DNA of 64,000 nucleotides, taken from NCBI GenBank assembly GCA_030141605.1, contig JAQGDQ010000108.1:310001-374000 (forward strand), read 5' to 3'. The stretch is from Tubiluchus corallicola (lineage: Eukaryota; Animalia; Priapulida). The notes below the pieces were generated by a model. The model was not told where the DNA came from, made no database searches, and saw only the letters and a program-made list of their open reading frames with translations. Positions 27,001-40,400 of the stretch are shown in pieces; the stretch's first letter is position 1, and every line of letters begins with the position of its first letter. Made by a program: the position numbers and the translations under genes.

Positions 27001-28378
27001 CACTCGAAATAGAGACGTCCTTGTCTAGAACCTAGATGACACGTTAGCAAGTCTAGCAGCTATTGGGACCACGGGATACTAATTTTTCTGTGCCTCACCA
27101 GAATTACTTCTTTAGATTAGAATCACGTGTCACTCATGACAAAAGCTCCACCGGAGAGCATGGAGACACGTGGTGGTAGTCCAACCAATTCTCTATTCGA
27201 CCATGTGCTATGCAGCTGCCACCTGGAAACGGTTTCCGCCTTGTATACCGTTTTACTAGGCCACGTCGGTATCATATTTAAAATTTAAAACTTATGACAA
27301 TAAAATCCCACATTTTCAAATTTGGGAAACAGTAACTCTTGAAAGAAGCCATTTTGAATCACGTGGTTAACAATGAAAGTAGAACTGTCATTGTGCTACT
27401 AGTACAAAAGAGTTGGTGTTTTTTGAATCCTGTTTATAGCCATTTTGTGGCTAAACGAAACGAAATTTTGGCGCAGTGTACCTGATACATCCAACTTTAT
27501 GGCCAATCGGATGATGTATTGTACACTCCTGTACGACTTACCTATGTTTACACAGCGTTTAAAGGAAAACATGTCGATACCTGCTATATGTGTCCCGACA
27601 TGTGTCCAGAAAAACGGGCCTAGCGTGGCAGCCCTGTAGCGGTGGCAGCTGTGCGGCACATCATTGATAGGGAATTGATAAACAATTATTGATAGACAAT
27701 CACAACTCGGCGCCATCTTGGTAGATGGGGCATCTTGTAGGAGTTAAGATTTATCAAACATAGGCATATTTTGACGATTTTTGGGTCATAACTCAAACGG
27801 GACAAAGAGTCACTCGAAATTATAAGCAAAAGCGGCCCTCTACGCTACACCAAATTTGGTGAAGTAGCTCTGCCTAGTTTTTTAGTTATTTAATAAAGAC
27901 GCGTATCTCGGAAACTGAATCAAAATAACAGCAGATTCTGAATGTCAAATTTTCCTATTTGGACATCCTATTTATTGCCATTTTCTGGCTATAGGAAACT
28001 AGACACGTGATTTTGACGCAGTGCATCAGATTCCACATTTTGTTGCGAATCCAATGATGTATGGCACACCTTTCTCTTTGGTTGTGCAAAAACTTGGTGG
28101 CCATTTTGTTTTCTGCATTTTAACCCTTTCCCCTAACTTTTCGGGCTTGCAACAGCTTGTTTTCTGATTCAGCATAGTCAATTTAATAAGACTAGCTATG
28201 TTATCCCCCTTTTAGCAAAAAAACGCTCATATGGTTCCTCTTTTCTGAAAATGGCCTAGACTATTTGAAACTTTGACTTGTTTGTTGTGCAGTACCGTCC
28301 ATATAATAGTTGTAAGTGGTACTTGTTTGTTATGTGGGATTTACATAGAAGCTGACTCACTAATTGTTCGTGCTGTGT

Positions 28379-28449
<71 letters not shown>

Positions 28450-31400
28450 GAATGCGCACTTTCCAAAAACTGAGAAATTTTAGCAATGGGCCCTCAAAAT
28501 CTGGTGCCCCTAAAAATGTGGCTCCCTAGGCAACAGCATAGTTAGCTTATTTATATATTCGCACCTGACGTCTTCTGAAACAACATTATGTGTGCATATC
28601 TACATTCCTCATGTAAGACAATTTTTAACTACTTGTGAAAATTTGCTAATCTACGTTAATCCACATATGTAATCCAGTTCGTGAGATGTAAAACATACAT
28701 CCAAAAACATGATATTTAAACTCCTATAACATAATTCATAGTTAGATATTATTTAAAATATCTTACTACCCTGATCAATTTTAAACAAGTGAGACTTATC
28801 TTTATTTACTGATGCCTGCAGGAAAAACTAAAATTCTTAATTTAAAATGCGTATTGTTTCAGGTTACAGTGACTGTTTACTTTTTACCAATTCTGGTTTT
28901 ATAATTATATAGGACGACAACTGTGTTACGATGAAAGCTGACGACCCTTACACCTGGTATGTCAACAAATGTGCAGACACATACCCTTTTGTCTGCGAGT
29001 ATGAAGCTAGTAAGTAGCTTTCTATAAATGAACTTTCATAAAACTACCTTTTATAATAGAAACGGACCTGTATATTGCGTCTTCTCATAATAATAACAAG
29101 TGCGATTAGACTATAGTCCAGGGAAAATAAGTTTAAGTGACATTCCACAAAGTTCTGAAACATAACCAGAGCATTTGTTGTACACACTTCACCAAACTAA
29201 GCAGTAGTATTAATTACATTATCTTGTCAGTACGATTAATAACATGTTTTGGGCGATTCATGTAGTGACTTCTTTGGTGCTCACCAAGAAAGCAAAATAG
29301 TAACATTTTGCTAGTTGGTGCAAATATTCTAAATTATTAAGAATTTTCTTTCTCTATTACATGTCTTCCAAGCAGATAAATGCAATGCTAACTGACATGA
29401 CTTTATAGAGAAAGACTTTTGAGACATGCTTTTAAAGTTCCCTTTTTTCTATATTAACATTTAATTGATAACTTACTATTCTACAATATTTTCAGCTGTT
29501 GAGTGTCCAGAGCTCGAACTCATACATGCTACCATAGAATTTGGACACAACACAGACTTTGACAACACAGTAATTGTCACTTGTCACCCAGGTTATACAT
29601 ACGAAGGCAGTTCTTACCACCTTATCTCATGTCAGGCTGATGGAAACTGGTCCCCAGAAAATTATGACTGTATTGGTAAAAAAGACTTAATCAATTATTG
29701 ATTTGTAATAACTAAATTATATGAAGCAACTGAGGTTTGTAGCTCAGCACTTTTTAGCCTTAAACAAGTAAATTACTGTTCATATCTCCCATTTTTACTG
29801 TGCCATATTTACAAAAATTGTTTTTGCTTCGAAAAGCAAAGCTGCAAAGGCAACAAAACAGTGGAAATCTTATAAGGCAAGAATGTAGATTACTTATAAA
29901 AAGTTAAAAAAATCAATTGAAATTTTGTACTGTCTTCATACTGTCTTAAAGCACACAGAAGTCGTATTAGCAGCAATGCTGTAAAACTTAGAAATTTATT
30001 CTCTCATGATGACTGGCTGGTGCAGCTATTTTGATGTTAAGCTGTATAAAACAAGTTTAGATAACATTCTACAAAGTTCGGAAGCATTACCAGAGCATTT
30101 GTCAAGTATACTTCATTAAATTAAACAGTACTGTTAATTACATTGTCTTGTAAGTACGTTTTATAACATGTTTTGGGAAAGTTATATGCAGTGACTTTTT
30201 AGTACACACTGAGAAAGTGAATAAATGACATTTTACCAGTACGTACAAACATTTTATATTATTAAGAAGTGATATAACTTCGTAAAGAAAGAACTTTGAG
30301 GCATACTTTTAAAATGTCTTTTCTGCCACATGATTTGATAACTTACTATTTTACAATATTTTCAGCTGTTGAGTGTCCAGAGCTCGAGCTCACACATGCT
30401 ACCACAGAATTTGGACACAACACAGACTTTGCCAACACAGTAGTTGTCACTTGTCACCCAGGTTATACATACGAAGGCAGTTCTTACCACATTATCTCAT
30501 GTCAGGCTGATGGAAACTGGACACTAGAAAATTATGACTGTACTGGTAAAAAAGACTTAATCAATAATTGGTTTGTATTAACTAAAGTATATGAAACAAC
30601 TGAGGTTTGTAGCTCAGCACTTAATAGCCTTAAACAAGTAAATTACGTTTACATTTCACATTTTTACTGTACCTTACATAAAAAAATTGTTTATGCTTTG
30701 AAAAGCAAAGCTGCAAAGGCAACAAAGACAGTGGAAAACTTATAGGGCAAGAATGTAGATTACTTTTAAAAAGCTAAAAAATCAATTGACATTTCTACTT
30801 ACCTTCATACTGTCTTATTGCACATGGAGCTCGTATTAACAGCAATGCTGTGAAACTTGAAAATTTATTCTCTCGTGATGACTGGCTGGTGCAGCTAATT
30901 TGTTGGTAAGCCATATAAAACAAATTTAAATAACATGTCTACAAAGTTCGGAAGCATTACCAGAGCATTTGTCATGCGTACTTCGTTAAACTACGCAGTA
31001 CTGTTAATCACATTATCTTGCCAGTACTATTTATTATAAGTTTTGGGAGAGTTATATGCGGTGACTTTTTGGCACACACTGAGAAAGTGAAAAAGTAACA
31101 TTTTACCAGTATGTGCAAACATTTTAAATTTTTAAGAATGTTATTTTTCAGTTACGTATGCCTTTCAAACTAATAAAAATAATGCTAACTGATATAACTT
31201 TGTAAAAAAAGAATTTTGAGATATACTTTTGCATTGTCTTTTCTTCCACATGATTTGATAAGTTACTATTCTATGATATTTTCAGCTGTTGAGTGTCCAG
31301 AGCTCGCGCTCACACATGCTACTACAGAAGGTGGATACAACAGAGAGTTTAACAACACAGTATTTGTCACTTGTCAGGAAGGTTACACATATGAAGGAAG

Positions 31401-34400
31401 TCCTGGCCATTCTATTTCATGTCAGATTGATGGAAACTGGACACCAGAAAATTATGACTGTACTGGTAAATAAGGCTTAGTCAATTATTGGTTTGTATTA
31501 ACTAAATTCTATAAAGCAACTGAGGTTTGTAGCTCAGCACTTAATAGCCTTAAACAAGTAAATTACTGTTTATATCTCACATCTTTACTGTACCATATTT
31601 ATAAAAATTGTTTATGCTTTGAAAAGCAAATCTGCAAAGGCAACAAAGACTGTGGAATACTTATAGGGCAAGAATGTAGATTACTTATAAAAAGCTAAAA
31701 AATCAATCGACATTTGTACTCTCTTACTGCACATGGAACTCGTATTAGCAGCAATGCTGTAAAACTTGAAAATTTATTCTCTCATGATGACTGGCTGGTG
31801 CAGCTATTTTAATGCTAAGCTATGTAAAACAAGTTTAAATAACATTCTACAAAGTTCGGAAGCATTACCAAAGCATTTGTCATGCGTCCTTCGTTAAATT
31901 AAGCAGTACTGTTAATCACATTATTTTGCCAGCACTATTTATTACAAGTTTTGGGAGAGTTATATGCGGTGCCTTTTTAGTACACACTGAGAAAGTGAAA
32001 AAGTAACATTTTACAGTACGTGCAAACATTTTAAATTTTTAAGAATGTTCTTTTTCAGCTACTTATGCTTTCCAAACTAATAGAAATAATGCTAACTGAT
32101 ATAATTTTGTAAAAAAAGAATTTTGAGATATACTTTTACATTGTCTTTTCTTCCACATGATTGGATAAGTTACTATTCTATGATATTTTCAGCTGTTGAG
32201 TGTCCAGAGCTCGCGCTCACACATGCTACTACAGAACCTGGATACAACAGAGAGTTTAACAACACAGTATTTGTCACTTGTCAGGAGGGTTATACATATG
32301 AAGGAAGTCCTGGCCATTCTATTTCATGTCAGATTGATGGAAACTGGACACCAGAAAATTATGACTGTACTGGTAAATAAGGCTTAGTCAATTATTGGTT
32401 TGTATTAACTAAAGAATATGAAGCAACTGAGGTTTGTAGCTCAGCACTTAATAGCCTTAAACAAGTAAATTACTGTTTATATCTCACATGTTTACTGTAC
32501 CATATTTATAAAAATTGTTTATGCTTTGAAAAGCAAATCTGCAAAGGCAACAAAGACTGTGGAATACTTATAGGGCAAGAATGTAATTTACTTATAAAAA
32601 GCTAAAAATTCAATAGACATTTGTACTTACCTTCATACTGTCTTATTGCACATGGAACTCGTATTAGCAGCAATGTTGTAAATCTTGAAAATTTATTCTC
32701 TCATGATGACTGACTGGTGCAGCTATTTTGATGTTAAGCTATATAAAACAAGTTTAAATAACATTCTACAAAGTTCGGAAGCATTACCAAAGCATTTGTC
32801 ATGCGTCCTTCGTTAAATTAAGCAGTACTGTTAATCACATTATTTTGACAGCACTATTTATTACAAGTTTTGGGAGAGTTATATGCGGTGCCTTTTTAGT
32901 ACACACTGAGAAAGTGAAAAAGTAACATTTTACCAGTACGTGCAAACATTTTAAATTTTTAAGAATGTTCTTTTTCAGCTACGTATGCTTTCCAAACTAA
33001 TAGAAATAATGCTAACTGATATAACTTTGTAAAAAAAGAATTTTGAGATACACTTTTACATTGTCTTTTCTTCCACATGATTGGATAAGTTACTATTCTA
33101 TGATATTTTCAGCCGTTGAGTGTCCAGAGCTCGCGCTCACACATGCTACTACAGAACCTGGATACAACAGAGAGTTTAACAACACAGTATTTGTCACTTG
33201 TCAGGAGGGTTATACATATGAAGGAAGTCCTGGCCATTCTATTTCATGTCAGATTGATGGAAACTGGACACCAGAAAATTATGACTGTACTGGTAAATAA
33301 GGCTTAGTCAATTATTGGTTTGTATTAACTAAAGAATATGAAGCAACTGAGGTTTGTAGCCCAGCACTTAATAGCCTTAAACAAGTAAATTGCTGTTTAT
33401 ATCTCACATTTTTACTGTACCATATTTATAAAAATTGTTTGTGCTTTGAAAAGCAAATCTGCAAAGGCAACAAAGACAGTGGAAAACTTATAGGGCAAGA
33501 ATGTAGATTACTTATAAAAAGCTAAAAAATCAATCGACATTTGTACTTACCTTCATACTGTCTTATTGCACATGAAACTCGTATTAGCAGCAATGCTGTA
33601 AAACTTGAAAATTTATTCTCTCATGATGACTGGCTGGTGCAGCTAATTTGTTGGTAAGCCATACAAAACAGTTTAAATAACATTCTACAAAGTTCGGAAG
33701 CATAACCAGAGCATTTGTCATGCGTACTTCGTTAAATTAAGCAGTACCGTTAATCACATTATTTTGCCAGCACTATTTATTACAAGTTTTGGGAGAGTTA
33801 TATGCGGTGACTTTTTAGTACACACTGAGAAAGTGAAAAAGTAACATTTTATCAGTATGTGCAAACATTTTAAATTTTTAAGAATGTTATTTTTCAGTTA
33901 CGTATGCTTTCCAAACTAATAAAAATAATGCTAACTGATATAACTTTGTAAAAAAAGAATTTTGAGTTATACTTTTAAATTGTTTTTTCTTCCACATAAT
34001 TTCATAAGTTACTATTCTATGATATTTTCAGCTGTTGAGTGTCCAGAGCTCGTGCTCACACGTGCTACTACAGAACCTGGATACAACAGCGAGTTTAACA
34101 ACACAGTATTTGTCACTTGTCAGGAGGGTTATACATATGAAGGAAGTCCTGGCCATTCGATTTCATGTCAGATTGATGGAAACTGGACACCAGAAAATTA
34201 TGACTGTACTGGTAAATAAGGCTTAGTCAATTATTGGTTTGTATTAACTAAATTCTATGAAGCAACTGAGGTTTGTAGCTCAGCACTTAATAGCCTTAAA
34301 CAAGTAGATTGCTGTTTATATCTCGCATTTTTACTGTACCATATTTATAAAAATTGTTTATGCTTTGAAAAGCAAAGCTGCAAAAGCAACAAAGACTGTT

Positions 34401-37400
34401 GAAAACTTATAGGGCAAGAATGTAATTTACTTATAAAAAGCTAAAAATTCAATAGACATTTGTACTTATCTTCATACTGTCTGATTGCACATGGAACTCG
34501 TATTAGCAGCAATGCTGTAAAACTTTAAAATTTATTCTCTCACGATGACTGGCTGGTGCAGCTAATTTGTTGGTAAGCCATACAAAAAAGTTTAAATAAC
34601 ATTCTACAAAGTTCGGAAGCATAACCAGAGCATTTGTCATGCGTACTTCGTTAAATTAAGCAGTACTGTTAATCACATTATTTTGCCAGCACTATTTATT
34701 ACAAGTTTTGGGAGAGTTATATGCGGTGACTTTTTCGTACACACTGAGAAAGTGAAAAAGTAACATTTTACCAGTACGTGCAAACATTTTAAATTTTTAA
34801 GAATGTTCTTTTTCAGCTACGTATGCTTTCCAAACTAATAGAAATAATGCTAACTGATATAATTTTGTAAAAAAAGAATTTTGAGATATACTTTTAAATT
34901 GTCTTTTCTTCCACATGATTTGATAAGTTACTATTCTATGATATTTTCAGCTGTTGAGTGTCCAGAGCTCATGCTCACACATGCTACTACAGAACCTGGA
35001 TACAACAGAGAGTTTAACAACACAGTAGTTGTCACTTGTCAGGAAGGTTACACATATGAAGGTAGTCCTGGCCATTCTATTTCATGTCAGATTGATGGAA
35101 ACTGGACACCAGAAAATTATGACTGTACTGGTAAATAGGGCTTAGTCAATTATTGGTTTGTATTAACTAAAGAATATGAAGCAACTGAGGTTTGTAGCCC
35201 AGCACTTAATAGCCTTAAACAAGTAAATTACTGTTTATATCTCACATTTTTACTGTACCATATTTATAAAAATTGTTTATGCTTTGAAAAGCAAATCTGC
35301 AAAGGCAACAAAGACTGTGGAATACTTATAGGGCAAGAATGTAGATTACTTATAAAAAGCTAAAAAATCAATCCACATTTGTACTTACCTTCATACTGTC
35401 TTATTGCACATGGAACTCGTATTAGCAGCAATGTTGTAAATCTTGAAAATTTATTCTCTCATGATGACTGACTGGTGCAGCTATTTTGATGTTAAGCTAT
35501 ATAAAACAAGTTTAAATAACATTCTACAAAGTTCGGAAGCATTACCAGAGCATTTGTCATGCGTCCTTCATTAAATTAAGCAGTACTGTTAATCACATTA
35601 TCTTGCCAGTACTATTTATTACGAGTTTTGGGAGAGTTATATGCGATGACTTTTTCGTACACACTGAGAAAGTGAAAAAGTAACATTTTACCAGTACGTG
35701 CAAACATTTTAAATTTTTAAGAATGTTCTTTTTCAGCTATGTATGCTTTCCAAACTAATAAAAATAATGCTAACTGATATAACTTTGTAAAAAAAGAATT
35801 TTGAAATATACTTTTACATTGTCTTTTCTTCCACATGATTGGATAAGTTACTGTTCTATGATATTTTCAGCCATTGAGTGTCCAGAGCTCGCGCTCACAC
35901 ATGCTACTACAGAACCTGGATACAACAGAGAGTTTAACAACACAGTAGTTGTCACTTGTCAGGAAGGTTACACATATGAAGGTAGTCCTGGCCATTCTAT
36001 TTCATGTCAGATTGATGGAAACTGGACACCAGAAAATTATGACTGTACTGGTAAAAAAGGCTTAGTCAATTATTGGTTTGTATTAACTAAATTCTATGAA
36101 GCAACTGAGGTTTGTAGCCCAGCACTTAATAGCCTTAAACAAGTAAATTGCTGTTTATATCTCACATTTTTACTGTACCATATTTATAAAAATTGTTTAT
36201 GCTTTGAAAAGCAAAGCTGCAAAAGCAACAAAGACTGTGGAAAACTTATAGGGCAAGAATGTAATTTACTTATAAAAAGCTAAAAATTCAATAGACATTT
36301 GTACTTACCTTCATACTGTCTTATTGCACATGGAACTCGTATTAGCAGCAATGCTGCAAAACTCGAAAATTTATTCTCTCATGATGACTGGCTGGTGCAG
36401 CTAATTTGTTGGTAAGCCATACAAAACAGTTTAAATAACATTCTACAAAGTTCGGAAGCATAACCAGAGCATTTGTCATGCGTACTTCGTTAAATTAAGC
36501 AGTACTGTTAATCACATTATTTTGCCAGCACTATTTATTACAAGTTTTGGGAGAGTTATATGCGGTGACTTTTTACTACACACTGAGAAAGTGAAAAAGT
36601 AACATTTTATCAGTATGTGCAAACATTTTTAATTTTTAAGCATGTTATTTTTCAGTTACGTATGCTTTCCGAACTAATAAAAATAATGCTAACTGATATA
36701 ACTTTGTAAAAAAAGAATTTTGAGTTATACTTTTAAATTGTTTTTTCTTCCACATGACTTCATAAGTTACTATTCTATGATATTTTCAGCTGTTGAGTGT
36801 CCAGAGCCCGCACTCACACATGCTACTACAGAACCTGGATACAACAGAGAGTTTAACAACACAGTATTTGTCAGTTGTCAGGAGGGTTATACATATGAAG
36901 GAAGTCCTGGCCATTCTATTTCATGTCAGATTGATGGAAACTGGACACCAGAAAATTATGACTGTACTGGTAAATAAGGCTTAGTCAATTATTGGTTTGT
37001 ATTAACTAAATTCTATGAAGCAACTGAGGTTTGTAGCTCAGCACTTAATAGCCTGAAACAAGTAGATTGCTGTTTACATCTCACATTTTTACTGTACCAT
37101 ATTTATAAAAATTGTTTATGCTTTGAAAAGCAAATCTGCAAAGGCAACAAAGACTGTGGAAAACTTATAGGGCAAGAATGTAATTTATTTATAAAAAGCT
37201 AAAACTTCAATAGACATTTGTACTTACCTTCATACTGTCTTATTGCACATGGAACTCGTATTAGCAGCAATGTTGTAAATCTTGAAAATTTATTCTCTCA
37301 TGATGACTGACTGGTGCAGCTATTTTGATGTTAAGCTATATAAAACAAGTTTAAATAACATTCTACAAAGTTCGGAAGCATTACCAGAGCATTTGTCATG

Positions 37401-40400
37401 CGTCCTTCATTAAATTAAGCAGTACTGTTAATCACATTATCTTGCCAGTACTATTTATTACGAGTTTTGGGAGAGTTATATGCGATGACTTTTTCGTACA
37501 CACTGAGAAAGTGAAAAAGTAACATTTTACCAGTACGTGCAAACATTTTAAATTTTTAAGAATGTTCTTTTTCAGCTATGTATGCTTTCCAAACTAATAA
37601 AAATAATGCTAACTGATATAACTTTGTAAAAAAAGAATTTTGAAATATACTTTTACATTGTCTTTTCTTCCACATGATTGGATAAGTTACTGTTCTATGA
37701 TATTTTCAGCCATTGAGTGTCCAGAGCTCGCGCTCACACATGCTACTACAGAACCTGGATACAACAGAGAGTTTAACAACACAGTATTTGTCACTTGTCA
37801 GGAGGGTTATACATATGAAGGAAGTCCTGGCCATTCTATTTCATGTCAGATTGATGGAAACTGGACACCAGAAAATTATGACTGTACTGGTAAATAAGGC
37901 TTAGTCAATTATTGGTTTGTATTAACTAAATTCTATGAAGCAACTGAGGTTTGTAGCTCAGCACTTAATAGCCTGAAACAAGTAGATTGCTGTTTACATC
38001 TCACATTTTTACTGTACCATATTTATAAAAATTGTTTATGCTTTGAAAAGCAAATCTGCAAAGGCAACAAAGACTGTGGAAAACTTATAGGGCAAGAATG
38101 TAATTTATTTATAAAAAGCTAAAACTTCAATAGACATTTGTACTTACCTTCATACTGTCTTATTGCACATGGAACTCGTATTAGCAGCAATGTTGTAAAT
38201 CTTGAAAATTTATTCTCTCATGATGACTGACTGGTGCAGCTATTTTGATGTTAAGCTATATAAAACAAGTTTAAATAACATTCTACAAAGTTCGGAAGCA
38301 TTACCAGAGCATTTGTCATGCGTCCTTCATTAAATTAAGCAGTACTGTTAATCACATTATCTTGCCAGTACTATTTATTACGAGTTTTGGGAGAGTTATA
38401 TGCGATGACTTTTTCGTACACACTGAGAAAGTGAAAAAGTAACATTTTACCAGTACGTGCAAACATTTTAAATTTTTAAGAATGTTCTTTTTCAGCTATG
38501 TATGCTTTCCAAACTAATAAAAATAATGCTAACTGATATAACTTTGTAAAAAAAAGAATTTTGAAATATACTTTTACATTGTCTTTTCTTCCACATGATT
38601 GGATAAGTTACTGTTCTATGATATTTTCAGCCGTTGAGTGTCCAGAGCTCGCGCTCACACATGCTACTACAGAACCTGGATACAACAGAGAGTTTAACAA
38701 CACAGTATTTGTCACTTGTCAGGAGGGTTATACATATGAAGGAAGTCCTGGCCATTCTATTTCATGTCAGATTGATGGAAACTGGACACCAGAAAATTAT
38801 GACTGTACTGGTAAATAAGGCTTAGTCAATTATTGGTTTGTATTAACTAAATTCTATGAAGCAACTGAGGTTTGTAGCTCAGCACTTAATAGCCTTAAAC
38901 AAGTAGATTGCTGTTTATATCTCGCATTTTTGCTGTACCATATTTATAAAAATTGTTTATGCTTTGAAAAGCAAAGCTGCAAAAGCAACAAAGACTGTGG
39001 AAAACTTATAGGGCAAGAATGTAATTTACTTATAAAAAGCTAAAAATTCAATAGACATTTGTACTTACCTTCATACTGTCTGGTTGCACATGGAACTCCT
39101 ATTAGCAGCAATGCTGTAAAACTTGAAAATTTATTCTCTCATGATGACTGGCTGGTGCAGCTATTTTGATGTTAAGCTATGTAAAACAAGTTTAAATAAC
39201 ATTCTACAAAGTTCGGAAGCATTACCAGAGCATTTGTCATGCGTACTTCGTTAAACTACGCAGTACTGTTAATCACATTATCTTGCCAGTACTATTTATT
39301 ACGAGTTTTGGGAGAGTTATATGCGATGACTTTTTCGCACACACTGAGAAAGTGAAAAAGTAACATTTTACCAGTACGTGCAAACATTTTAAATTTTTAA
39401 GAATGTTCTTTTTCAGCTATGTATGCTTTCCAAACTAATAAAAATAATGCTAACTGATATAATTTTGTAAAAAAAGAATTTTGAGATATACTTTTACATT
39501 GTCTTTTCTTCCACATGATTTGATAAGTTACTATTCTATGATATTTTCAGCTGTTGAGTGTCCAGAGCTTGCGCTCACACATGCTACTACAGAACCTGGA
39601 TACAACAGAGAGTTTAACAACACAGTATTTGTCACTTGTCAGGAGGGTTATACATATGAAGGAAGTCCTGGCCATTCTATTTCATGTCAGATTGATGGAA
39701 ACTGGACACCAGAAAATTATGACTGTACTGGTAAATAAGGCTTAGTCAATTATTGGTTTGTATTAACTAAATTCTATGAAGCAACTGAGGTTTGTAGCCC
39801 AGCACTTAATAGCCTTAAACAAGTAAATTGCTGTTTATATCTCACATTTTTACTGTACCATATTTATAAAAATTGTTTATGCTTTGAAAAGCAAATCTGC
39901 AAAAGCAACAAAGACTGCTGAAAACTTATAGGGCAAGAATGTAATTTACTTATAAAAAGCTAAAAATTCAATAGACATTTGTACTTACCTTCATACTGTC
40001 TTATTGCACATGGAACTCGTATTAGCAGCAGTGTTGTAAATCTTGAAAATTTATTCTCTCATGATGACTGGCTGGTGCAGCTATTTTGATGTTAAGCTAT
40101 ATAAAACAAGTTTAAATAACATTCTACAAAGTTCGGAAGCATTACCAGAGCATTTGTCATGCGTCCTTCATTAAATTAAGCAGTACTGTTAATCACATTA
40201 TCTTGCCAGTACTATTTATTATGAGTTTTGGGAGAGTTATATGCGATGACTTTTTCGTACACACTGAGAAAGTGAAAAAGTAACATTTTACCAGTACGTG
40301 CAAACATTTTAAATTTTTAAGAATGTTCTTTTTCAGCTATGTATGCTTTCCAAACTAATAAAAATAATGCTAACTGATATAACTTTGTAAAAAAAGAATT

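Noticed and set aside
29496-39730. Dscam-style mutually exclusive exon cluster generating binding diversity
   Set aside because: Exons are nearly identical, introns are long enough for consecutive inclusion, and I saw no docking/selector complementarity; length variation is the better hypothesis, though exclusivity is not formally excluded
29465-39745. Twelve separate 85-aa genes (MRYTF.../MSVQSS... ORFs)
   Set aside because: ORF starts are TTG codons in intron sequence or alternative frames; the coding parts are 180-nt exons bounded by AG/GT
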